From Octopus vulgaris (lineage: Eukaryota), in assembly GCA_951406725.2 (NCBI GenBank), contig OX597821.1:45136001-45200000 (forward strand): a stretch of 64,000 nt of DNA. The letters run 5' to 3'. Made by a program: the position numbers and the translations under genes. A model generated the notes under the pieces. It did not search any database and had not been told where the DNA came from. It saw only the letters and a list, made by a program, of their open reading frames with translations. Position 1 is the first letter of the stretch. Every line of letters begins with the position of its first letter. Positions 38,101 to 48,950 of this stretch are shown one piece after another.

Positions 38101-39032
38101 AGCGTAAATAATTTCATATAACTCAGTAAAATCAGGTTTTAATTCTTGTATTATTTCATTTGTTACATAGTTGCCAATTTTGATTTGTTTTTTATTTTGG
38201 TTTGTATTTGAGAGTTTATGAAGTGCTTCTCTATCATTCATACTTGTATGTCTTACAACTTCAAGCGTATTCAGGATTTTCTGTCTCATTTCTGCCATAG
38301 ATTATCTGTGGTCTTCAGCAAATGCGAGATCTTCAGTTACTGTTGTTTTATCATTTTCCTGACTATCTTTAACAGGTTCAATAGAATTTCTTGTATCTTC
38401 AGGCCTTTGCGTGCTTTGGTCAGATGGCAGTCTTCCAATTAAGCCTCGTGGCGGGCTATTCTGTTCATCTGATTCTTCATTTCCTTTGTGTCTTATATTT
38501 ATGTCATTTTCCGTTGCGTGCTTGATCGCGCTTATTTCACTGTCTGTGAGTCTGTTATTTCTAAGGATATCCCTCCTCACATTTGCCAATTTGTTCTCGT
38601 CCAAATAGGGTCTACTGTCTTGATTCCGTGTTCTCCATATACTGTAAGAGTTTGCGGTGTGCCTCTCTTGAGTTGGCCTACCTAATGCATAGTAATAAGC
38701 GTATATTACTTCTTTATACCCTTCTCGGGTCCATTTGTTCCGCTTACATTTTTCTTTCTGTGGTGGTTATGCTGGTGAACTTGGAGGGCTCGAGTTGGGG
38801 AATTTCCTGTTCAAGTGACCATCCATGTCCGTATTCGGAGAAGAGTTTGTGCCAGTTGATGACTTTTCGATCCCAGGCTGGCTCTTCCCTGGGGGACGCG
38901 CTTCCAGATTAACCATAGGACAAGCGATTTGGTATACTGATTTAGTTTTCCTTTTAGTTTCCAAAAACATTTTGGTGCTACGATAATGTTATCATTTTTG
39001 AGCTCTGAGTGGCTCGCGAGGAGACGGCCATG
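35166..39032 (-). mobile_element. near-full-length R4/Dong LINE (family A), single broken ORF ~38970-35293
   Basis: N-terminal DENKLANVRRDILRNNRLT block, AKAQRIRRF..NKLF, RT (YMDDLKLY), CCHC finger CRFCNDMIETVDHIISGC, PD..D..K endonuclease, 3' UTR; same-orientation (TAA)n tracts at both ends. Confidence 0.95.
35536..37098 (-). pseudogene. R4/Dong RT C-half, thumb, CCHC finger and start of endonuclease (520 aa open segment)
   Basis: GIFQGDSLS, HLFYMDDLKLY, HPKADVDRLYLPR, QDQSLLTRNY, CRFC..H...GC, RHDRV, KPDIVV. Confidence 0.93.
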
Positions 39033-39101
<69 letters not shown>

Positions 39102-39104
39102 TAC

Positions 39105-39457
39105 GCTACTGTTGCTTCAGAGATTCCTGGTATTTAACAATAGTGTTTAAGAACATCTTTTGGTATTGTTCCCAAATCGCCGATGGTTACAGGTACAGTT
39201 GTTTTAAAAACCCACATTTTTGAAACCTCTATTTCAAGGTTCTTATATTTGTTTAATTTTTCAAATGATTTTACGGAAGTGTTGCCGTCTGCTTGAATTG
39301 ACATATCTATGGGAAAACATTTGTTTTCAACGTGATTTTTCACCACAATATCTGATCTGTTAACCTGTATAGCACGATCAATTTGGATACTAAAATCCCA
39401 AAGAACGGCAATATCTTTATTTTCTACAGTTTCATCAGGCTTATGTTCCCAAACTTC
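39105..39457 (-). mobile_element. R4/Dong endonuclease fragment, another family
   Basis: WEHKPDETVENKDIAVLWDFSIQIDRAIQVNRSDIVVK..IDMSI..EKLNKYKNLEIEVSKMW. Confidence 0.85.
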
Positions 39458-39964
39458 TTGAGAGCTAAAAAGCACAGCTTATACTGGCAGACAAAATTTC
39501 GTCGAAACTGACGAATAGGACAGTTGCATCGCGTGATTTCAGCGTAATTTGCGCTCCTTCAGAAACAGACACTCTACTATAGAATGTCAGATTGAAATTC
39601 CGTCGAACAGATACAGTTTAATACTGACTAAGCAGTCAGTAATATTGCAAAAAAGCTGGCTGGTTGTGTATAAACTATTAGCGACAGAAGCAGCTCTCGT
39701 AACGAAATATGAATTTGCACGTCCAACTTACTTGCGTTGCTTTAAACTCCGTAAGCTCCGGTAATCGTTCTAAGAAATCATCTTGTATAGACGTAGTACT
39801 AAAAACACAGATTATATCTGCAGACGAAATTTCGCCAGCACTGGTGGATGAGACTGTTTCTGAGGAAGAGCAAATTACGCTGAAATCAAGTGAGACAACA
39901 CTCTCATTCACTGGTGCAGACAAAATTTCGTCTGCCGATTGAACCTGTCCTTTTTAGCACTCAA
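39458..39964. mobile_element. MITE/fold-back-like element with ~155 bp diverged inverted arms
   Basis: TTGAGAGCTAAAAAGCACAG..GGCAGACAAAATTTCGTC..TGATTTCAGCGTAATTTGC..TCAGAAACAG (39458-39615) is mirrored at 39810-39964. Confidence 0.7.
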
Positions 39965-40059
39965 CGTGTATACAAGATGATTTCTCAGGACGAATACCGC
40001 AGCTTACGGCGTTTAAAATAACAAATTCAAGTTCGTTGTGCAAATTAATATTCGTTGCA

Positions 40060-40109
<50 letters not shown>

Positions 40110-40110
<1 letters not shown>

Positions 40111-40325
40111 GTAACGACACGTGCTTTTCGTGGATTTTCTTTTCCTTATCTCCGGACTTTTTCCATTTTCCTCTTTCTGACGAAGAGTCATGCTCGAAAT
40201 GTCACCCCAGTCATCATTTTTTTCATCTTTAACTTTCTCTGAGCGTCAACCTAATAAATTCACTGCGTATGTCCTTTTGACTTTTATTGTTTTTCCTGTT
40301 TTGTTTATATACATACATGTTTTTG
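40110..40325 (+). mobile_element. short PLE pseudo-LTR-like insertion with a decayed minimal hammerhead
   Basis: CTGACGA-A-GAG-TCATG-CTC-GAAATGTC at 40177-40203, inside (CA)n tracts; stem I no longer pairs. Confidence 0.55.
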
Positions 40326-40348
40326 TTTTATACATACATACATACATA

Positions 40349-40437
<89 letters not shown>

Positions 40438-40439
40438 GT

Positions 40440-40696
40440 ATGTATATAATTTAGAGAAAAACCACTATTAAACAATTCAATAAAGAAAGATGTTATTCAT
40501 ACCACATAGACAACATATAGTATAAAAAAACCGTATTTTAAATCAATAAAGTACAATAAAAAGTACTTATACTATTTATTGTATTCTATTGATTTAAAAT
40601 CAGTTTTTTTTAATAGGATATGTTTTCTATATAATATGAATAACATCTTTCTTTATTGAATTGTTTAATAGTGGTTTTTCTCTAAATTATATACAT
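40440..40696. repeat. long palindrome (~126 bp arms, 4 nt loop) in (TA)n
   Basis: 40440-40501 is the exact reverse complement of 40635-40696; the inner arms are imperfect. Confidence 0.93.
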
Positions 40697-40832
40697 ATAT
40701 AATGGCGGTGCCCCAGCATGGCCACAGCTCGTGAGCTGAAACTAGATGAAAATAAAAAAAATATATATTGTGAAATTTGATTTAAAATTGTTAAATTGAA
40801 TTTTTCCCTGTAAGTTTTGGAATTATATTCCT

Positions 40833-40915
<83 letters not shown>

Positions 40916-41322
40916 TCATCATTATTATAATATATATATATATATATATATTATACGTATACACAATCATATAAACATATACACACATTCTGATATAGTA
41001 GTAATGAATTTACTTGCTATATAGTAAGTTACGTAATATTCCTTATGTCATATATTTCGATTCTACATTTAAGGGTCATATTGTCAAAAGATCACGAAGA
41101 CATAGTGTAAAGAGAGTATGGAGATACGGTATATAAAGAAAAGACGGAATTCATATTGTAAAGAAGGCACAAAGACATGCAATGAGAACACGGAGAAGTG
41201 AAAAGAACTTGGAGTGATGAAATAAAGAGACGACGGTAAATAAATATTTGCTCCTCCATTTCCTTTTTACTATGATCCTGGCGACGAAGAGAAAGTAGAA
41301 ATTTGGAAGAAATTGCATAAGT

Positions 41323-41492
41323 TCTTCTTCTTCTTCTTCTTCTTCTTCTTCTTCTTCTTCTTCTTCTTCTTCTTCTTCTTCTTCTTCTTCTTCTTCTTCT
41401 TCTTCTTCTTCTTCTTCTTCTTCTTCTCCTCCTCCTCCTCCTCCTCCTCCTCCTTCTTCTTCTTCTTCTTCTTCTTCTTCTTCTTCTTCTTC
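41323..41492. repeat. (TTC)n(TCC)n(TTC)n microsatellite
   Basis: Read directly. Confidence 0.95.
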
Positions 41493-42897
41493 TTTCTCCC
41501 CATTCTCATCACGATCACCAACAACTATAGCAGCAGTTGTATCAATCACACTAGTGAATCGACAGCTGTTTGGCAATATTCCCATCTCCCAAACGATGCC
41601 AATTCAAAAAGCCAGCATGTAGAATAATGGAACTATTGGAATGAATTGCATCATTGAGGTAGAAACTACTATCATTCACACGAAATCTGCTAATGCTGGA
41701 ACCATTGAAAACACACCACCATACAGCAGCAATACGTTATTACACTACGTTACACATTACTGTCCTACCCCATCTTTACAATCCTCCAATCTCCCCTTTT
41801 ACTTGTTTGTATATCTAAACGTAAACGTATAGTCACGCGAGTCCGGTTGAGCACTATCGAAAGTTATCAAAGTCTCAATATTCTATCTATTTATTTATGA
41901 TTGCATAAAAATATTTTTGAAATAACGGCTACAACAAACAACAGCAAATTTTGGAGTAAAATGCTCCAGTTTCAATAGTTGGGAATTCAAATTAGTAGCG
42001 GTAAGAAAAAAATCAAAGACAAAAAAAAAAGCAATAGCGAAATAGAGAAAACGGTGTGTAAGCAAAATTGCTTTTCACAGACATTTCTTTTTCATAAAAA
42101 GACTATCGAATTTCTGGCATTATCAACGTAATTTTTTTTTTACTTTCTCTTTCTTTTCTGATATATTTTTTCTCTACTCTTCGCATCCTTTTATAACGGC
42201 ATGTTTCACCCTCTTTCTCGCATAAAATCCACACATAGATAAGTAAATGTCCGTCCGTGCATGTAAGCGAAAGAGATTGAATTTATCCATCTATAACATT
42301 GTAGGTCTCTAGTTTTATTTATTTTGCTTATATGTGTAAAACAATTACAGACATTTATTTCTTAACGTGGTTTCAAAACAGTGTAACCGAATTGTATATT
42401 CACATTCTCTACAACTATTTTCTTATCTCTTTTTATATATTCCGTAACTTAATGTGATCCTGTTATTATTTTTAAATAATTAAAGATCAATTTATATCTA
42501 TATCCAGTTTCGTTTCCCAGTTACAACCATTTGACTTCACTTACATCTTGTTATTTCTCTTAAGACAGGAATAGGGCACACTAAAATGTCCCATCGTAAG
42601 GCTTTGAAGCATTTGAAAATAGAAGTATTGAACTATCCATGAACTACAGTCAAGCAAACACAGCATTTCATTAAACTGGATAAAGACAAACCTTAACCAG
42701 AAGGTAGTTATGTACTCACTTTTCTCTGAGAGATAACATTAGTAGGATGTAGAATAAAGTATCTCGTCTAAGACATAATAACTAACATCAGATAACATTT
42801 CACGTATCACCGACTAATCCATTCAACAATCAAGTTTCAATCCCATCAACTCTGTTTAAATTAATCCTATTTCCAAACACACACGCACACACACACA

Positions 42898-42952
<55 letters not shown>

Positions 42953-43020
42953 AGAGGCATGTATACACGTATTCCATTTCCAAACTCTCCACATAAATAT
43001 AAAGATGCACACACAAGCAT

Positions 43021-43055
<35 letters not shown>

Positions 43056-43436
43056 CACGCATACACGAAACCAATATTAATATTTATACTCATGAATTGC
43101 ATGTAACATGTAGTGTTGAAATGCTTTTAAATAAAGAATAAAATGTGTACTTGACACCTCATCTAAAGATATATATTTCTTTATAACAAGGCAACCAATG
43201 ATTTCAATCGGGAAAGACCTCTACAATTTTAGGGTTATTCACTTGGGAATGATGGTAATTGTCAGTATTTAGGGTGAGAATATATGAGGTTACATGAACT
43301 ATGCAGTAGTTCAAAATCAATACACAAATCAGGGAGGTAACTTATAAGAATTTCTTAATTGTTATCTTCCTTGCATTGCCCCTGGACTTTTGCGCTTACA
43401 TTGATAAATAATTTCTTAATTATTTTATTATGAGCA

Positions 43437-43495
<59 letters not shown>

Positions 43496-43577
43496 AATAA
43501 AATATATGCATACATACAAACATATATGTACGTACCGACATCTACATGTATATATACATGCATATATAAATATATAT

Positions 43578-44370
43578 ACGTACAGGACACCACAAAAAGA
43601 CGTAAAACTCAACAGAAACGAAAACGGAAAAGCCATTTTGTTACAACAGAAGGACAGAGACGTGGAACAGGACGAGAACGAAAACGGGAAAAACATTATT
43701 TACAACAGAAAAACGGGGTACAGGACATGCTACACAAGGGAAAATCCCCTTCATCAGCTGTCACTAGCAGACATAGCGTGTTTCGAAGGCAAGACAGGAC
43801 ACGACTGGGCAATGTTAGTCCTTCCTGCGAGAGAATTAAAATAAAATAACCTCGCAGAGGGGTAAAACAAGCAAAAAAAAATGTAATACAAAAAGGGACG
43901 TAACAAAGAACAGCACAATAAAATACAAGATAAAAATACAAAATTAAAAATACATGTACAAGAAAATACAAAACGAGAAATAAATTACAATACGAGAAAT
44001 CAAAATAAACAAGAGAACAAACGAAAGGCCTTTGTTCTGGCAGGGACGGAAGAGGTAACTGGCGAGCGCAGGGAAAAATGACCTTACGGCCTGAAAGCAA
44101 CGTGCGAAAGGATTAGCAGTGACGAAAGTGAGGAGGAGTGAGAGAGAGAGAGAGAGACAGATAGAGGAAGACACGCGGCTGAGAGAAGGATGAGGAAGAG
44201 GGAGAGAGAGAAAGAGAGAGGGGAAGGCAAAGCAAAGGGAGAGAATTTCGCGTCATAATTATAAACTATAAAACAATACTGGGAGGATAGAGACGGAACG
44301 AAGTGAAAATTCGAAAATTCGAAAATTCGAACGAACCCGACACGAGCGCTGTCAGACAATAGTGTAATAA
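43578..44370 (-). mobile_element. unclassified ~800 bp element in (TA)n with a permuted hammerhead-like core
   Basis: Flanked by TA repeats and non-coding; minus strand 43790-43746 reads GCCTTC-GAAACACGCTA-TGTC-TGCTAGT-GACAG-CTGATGA-AGGGG. Confidence 0.55.
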
Positions 44371-44499
44371 TATATATATATATATCCATTATCCGTTTTC
44401 TTAATGTTTGAACATATGCTTCTTGCTATTTATGGCATTTCACAGGTTGGGGACGAAAAGTTAGATTCTGAAGTTTTAAGTTCATAAAAATATTCATAT

Positions 44500-44601
<102 letters not shown>

Positions 44602-44854
44602 TTGTAATTTGTGTGACGTCATGAATATATGCTAATCATAAATTATACGTGTCTGTGTAGTTAAGAATTCCAGCATGAGTTCCTCGGAGTATATGTCTGT
44701 AATCCTAAACATTTCCAAAGCTTTACCTTAGTTGGATAGGTGGCAAGATGAATAAGGGATCATGCTTGAAATTTCAAAGTATGCATTGTTGTTTGTGCAA
44801 GAAGAGAATGTCTATTCCCTAATATTAAAAAATGTTCATTGTTATTGTTAGATA

Positions 44855-45014
44855 GGCGTAGGAATGCCTGTGTGGTAAGTAGCTTGCTTATCAACCACAT
44901 GGTTCCGGGTTCAGTCCCACTGCGTGGCACCTTGGGCGAGTGTTTTCTACAATAGCGTCGACCAAAGACTTGTGAGTGGATTTGGTAGACGGAAACTGAA
45001 AGAAGCCCGTCGTA

Positions 45015-45095
<81 letters not shown>

Positions 45096-45306
45096 TTGTG
45101 TGTCTGTGTTTGTCCCCCCAACATCGCTTGACAACCGATACTGGTGTGTTTACTTAGCGTAACTTAGCGGTTCGGCAAAAAAGATCGATAAAATAATACT
45201 AGGCTTACAAAGAATAAATCCTGGGGTCGATTTGTTCGACTAAAGGCGGTGCTCCAGCATAGCCACAGTCAAATGACTGAAACAAGTAAAAGAGTAAAAG
45301 AGTAAA
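44855..45306 (+). mobile_element. full-length CORE-type SINE with internal microsatellite
   Basis: Colinear with 29449-29846; AGTAAAAG tandem tail. Confidence 0.9.
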
Positions 45307-45339
45307 GCGTATCTAACTTTTTCTGATACAGAGATCGGA

Positions 45340-46310
45340 TTTGTTGCCCCATCTCCTATATTTGCTGGCCTTAGTTCTGATGCACCAATTTAAAAGGAAG
45401 TTATCAACAATCCTCTCTTTAAGGGTCCATACCATATTGGATAAAGATGTATATATTTTTTTTATATCTCTGAACGAAGCCAAGTGGTGAGTGTATCTTC
45501 TTCAAGGTGCTTCATGTCACTTTAACGTAAGTTTTCGTGGTTCCGTGATGCTGACCTTGTACACCAGTTCTTTTCCAGGCACATATTGTTAAGGGGGCGA
45601 TTACTGAGGGGTTTACAACTACAAGAATTTTGAGAGGTATTGATTATGTTATTATTCATATTGTGATTGAAAATCATCGAATCATCAATCCTATGTAGGG
45701 AGGCAACTATTGCTAAGTTTAACCGTATTTCTATTAAATATCTTTTGATACTTTTGACAGTAGGAAGTGATCATCTATAAGTTTCAGACATTTTCTGGTC
45801 GTAATTGTAGCCATATCCATACTGTATGGAGGCGTATACCATAATATTGTCCTCAAGGCGGCGAGCTGGCAGAATCGTTAGCACGTCGGGTGAAATGCTT
45901 AGCGGTATTTCGTCTGCCGCTACGTTCTGAGTTCAAATTCCGCCAGGGTCGACTTTGCCTTTCATCCTTTCGGGGTCGATAAATAAAGTACCAGTTTCGC
46001 ACTGGGGTCGTTGTAATCGACTTAATCCCTTTGTCTGTCCTTGTTTGTCCCCTCTATGTTTAGCCCCTTGTGGGCAATAAAGAGATACATAATATTGTCC
46101 TCTGTCTATGTCTTTTGGCTTTTCTACATATTCATTGTAGGTTATACTATTCTTAAAATTTGACCTTTCTAATGCAGCGCTGTAATATGGGGCTGCCTTT
46201 TTATAAGATACTTCACCAAAGGATAGGTTGGAAACACACCTATCAATGCTATTAACTAATTATTTGACGATGGCTGGTTAGAACCCCTGTCAATATAGGT
46301 GTTTTCATAA
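45340..46310 (-). mobile_element. Penelope-like element remnant (Naiad-like thumb/linker/GIY-YIG region)
   Basis: GSNQP..VSNLSFGEVSYKKAAPYYSAAL, ILWYTPPYSMDMAT..KCLKLIDDHF..IFNRNTVKLSNSCLP, CSC..PL..CL, resembling the WFNPPY / IFNRNTVKLSYSC signature. Confidence 0.75.
45855..46087 (+). mobile_element. full-length SINE with a 15 bp target-site duplication
   Basis: Head GGCGGCGAGCTGGCAGAATCGTTAGC; TSD CATAATATTGTCCTC at 45840-45854 and 46088-46102. Confidence 0.95.
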
Positions 46311-46389
46311 AGTTTATGGAAGCGTTTAAATTTCTGTGTAGTAAGATTCATATTACTAGACTATTAGTTGCTTTGTTAATCAACAAATT

Positions 46390-46449
<60 letters not shown>

Positions 46450-46616
46450 GTATATATATATACTTTATTTAAAGTATATATATATACTTCACTCGTTTAT
46501 TATTGGCCATATTTTATCTTATACTCATTGTATGGAAATCTTTCATCACACACCTGCGACCTCTTCAGCGACCGTCTACCTAGTCCATTCACAAGAGAGA
46601 ATACGCATATTTATTT

Positions 46617-46657
<41 letters not shown>

Positions 46658-46659
<2 letters not shown>

Positions 46660-47030
46660 TTTTATTCTTTTACTTGTTTCAGTCATTTGACTGCAACCAT
46701 GCTGGAGCACCACCTTTAGTCGAACCAATGGAACTGCTAAATGACGGGGACGTAAATACACCAGCATCAATTGTCACCGCTAAGTCAGTTACTGAGCGCG
46801 ACTGCAGCAGACAAATGTTCGAAACCCAGTGAGGGGTTTCTTATATGAAAAAAGGAAAAACAATGTCATACAACAAATTCCCCACTAAGTCCCTTAAAAA
46901 AACAGATCCCTACCTTGCAGTCGCACCTCTTCAACAGTTCTTCGATTCAAGACAGTGTTCAATCCAATACGTAACTAACAAACGTGCATGCGTAAGCAAG
47001 CTACTTACACAGTGACGCTCCTGCGCCTAT
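46658..47030 (-). mobile_element. rearranged CORE-type SINE (tail and head around unrelated sequence)
   Basis: TTTTACTTGTTTCAGTCATTTGACTGC..GCTGGAGCACC at left; GTAAGCAAGCTACTTAC..CTCCTGCGCC at right. Confidence 0.7.
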
Positions 47031-47074
47031 GTATATATATATATATAAATATATGTATGTGTGTGTGTGAGTGT

Positions 47075-47270
47075 GTCTGTCCCCCACCATCACTTGGCAA
47101 CCGATGTTGGTGTGTTTACGTCCCTGTAACTTAGCGGTTCAGCAAAAGAGTCCGATAGAATAAGTACTAGGCTTACAAAGAATAAGTCCTAGGGTTGATT
47201 TGTTCGACTAAAAAGCGTTGCTCCAGCATGGCCGCAGTTAAATGACTGAAACAAAAAAGAATAAAAGAAT
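47075..47270 (+). mobile_element. CORE-type SINE 3' half
   Basis: Matches 45110-45300. Confidence 0.85.
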
Positions 47271-47296
47271 ACACACACATATACATACATACATAC

Positions 47297-47360
<64 letters not shown>

Positions 47361-47399
47361 CATACATACATACATACATACATACATACATACATACAT

Positions 47400-47470
<71 letters not shown>

Positions 47471-47693
47471 GTGGTCTTCCCCTGCCCTTCAGCAGGTCCT
47501 TCTCCAGGCAGATGGGATTTTAGCTAAAAATTTAGAGAGTCGTACGATATACCGTAAGGCATCTCCGTTATTCAATGATTCTGCCACTCTCCCACCCGCA
47601 GAGTGAAATAATGTGTTTTGTTCAAGAACACAACGACCGCCTCGTCCGGTACTTGAACCCACAATCAAGCAGTTGTGAGTGCAAAACCCTATC

Positions 47694-47747
<54 letters not shown>

Positions 47748-47799
47748 ATACAGATTGAGAAGAAGGATTATCATGAAGTCGTAATTCCCAATATTTTCA

Positions 47800-48950
47800 A
47801 GGAAGAAATCATTAGTTAATTTCTGTCATGCATACAACTCCACTGGAATAGTTAAACTCAGTATTTCAAATTAACAGATCATGAATTTTTCCCATGCTTC
47901 TTACTGCGATGAGCTATAAATTTCTTATAGTTCGTACCTAAATGTCTCTAGAGAGAAACATTGCTGTATCGGTAGGAAATTATGAACTTTCGCTTCTACT
48001 CTAATAGATTTAGATACATGCGATCATGCCAGAAGTAAAAAAAAAATGTACATTAATCTTTATATCCACAGTTCTAAAAGAATCAATAAGATTGTACAGG
48101 TTTTTGTATAGTTCTAAGGAAAGCAATTAGTTGTCGTCCAAGAACCTCAGCTGTGTAATCAGATTCCAAATCCGGCATGGTTTCTACCGAATTCTAAGAA
48201 TATAACAAATAAAACTGTTGCTTTTTGTTCTATTGGCTCTATGGAAAATTTAGATACACTAATAATTTTTTTAGCTCAATGACTACTAAAAACTCGACAT
48301 GAAAGTGTTTATGCATATATACTCGATACCTTTTAAATCTTATCAATCATTAATCATCAGATAATTTAAAAATATGCTGTGAGATAGCTAAACGAATTTT
48401 TTCCTACAAGATGTATCGAAAATAGCAGAAATTTATGGCGAATTTTGAAAAGTAAAGTTACTTATTGAAAAGGTCAGGACGAAGCTTAATCCGGAAATTA
48501 TGAAGAGAGTTCATTGATAGTAGCAGTGGATGTTGACATAAATGACATTTATCATCTGAATGCATATTGTTATTCTCTAGCAACAGAAATAGAAGAAACT
48601 GTTCATATTGATCCGTAGCATACTAATTTGTTGGTGGCCAGTAAAAATAGGCTAATGCTTCTAATGTAGGATGTTTTTCGTGTTCAAGGAGGAACAGTAT
48701 TAGAAGTTGCCCTCAGACATTTTCTGTCTTATAAGTACAAAAATCTGGGGCTGAATTAATGCGAATTTCGAAAAGTTGTCAAATTCCAGTTGAAGTGGAG
48801 AGATTTCTACACAACATTGGTCACAAGAATATTGAATGTTTGACACTTTAAAGAAGCATAGAAGACTAAAGATAGGATGTAATAGAAAAATAGGACAGAA
48901 TTTAAATTAAGGAAAGGTTTATAGATGAAGTGGGTGGTTTTATTATGCTT
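47800..48950 (+). mobile_element. very decayed LINE RT region, possibly CR1-like
   Basis: Faint VQEPQL (GVPQGS-like), EKVR (LEKVQ-like) and TRILNV (RV.N.WN-like) motifs in the expected order. Confidence 0.3.
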
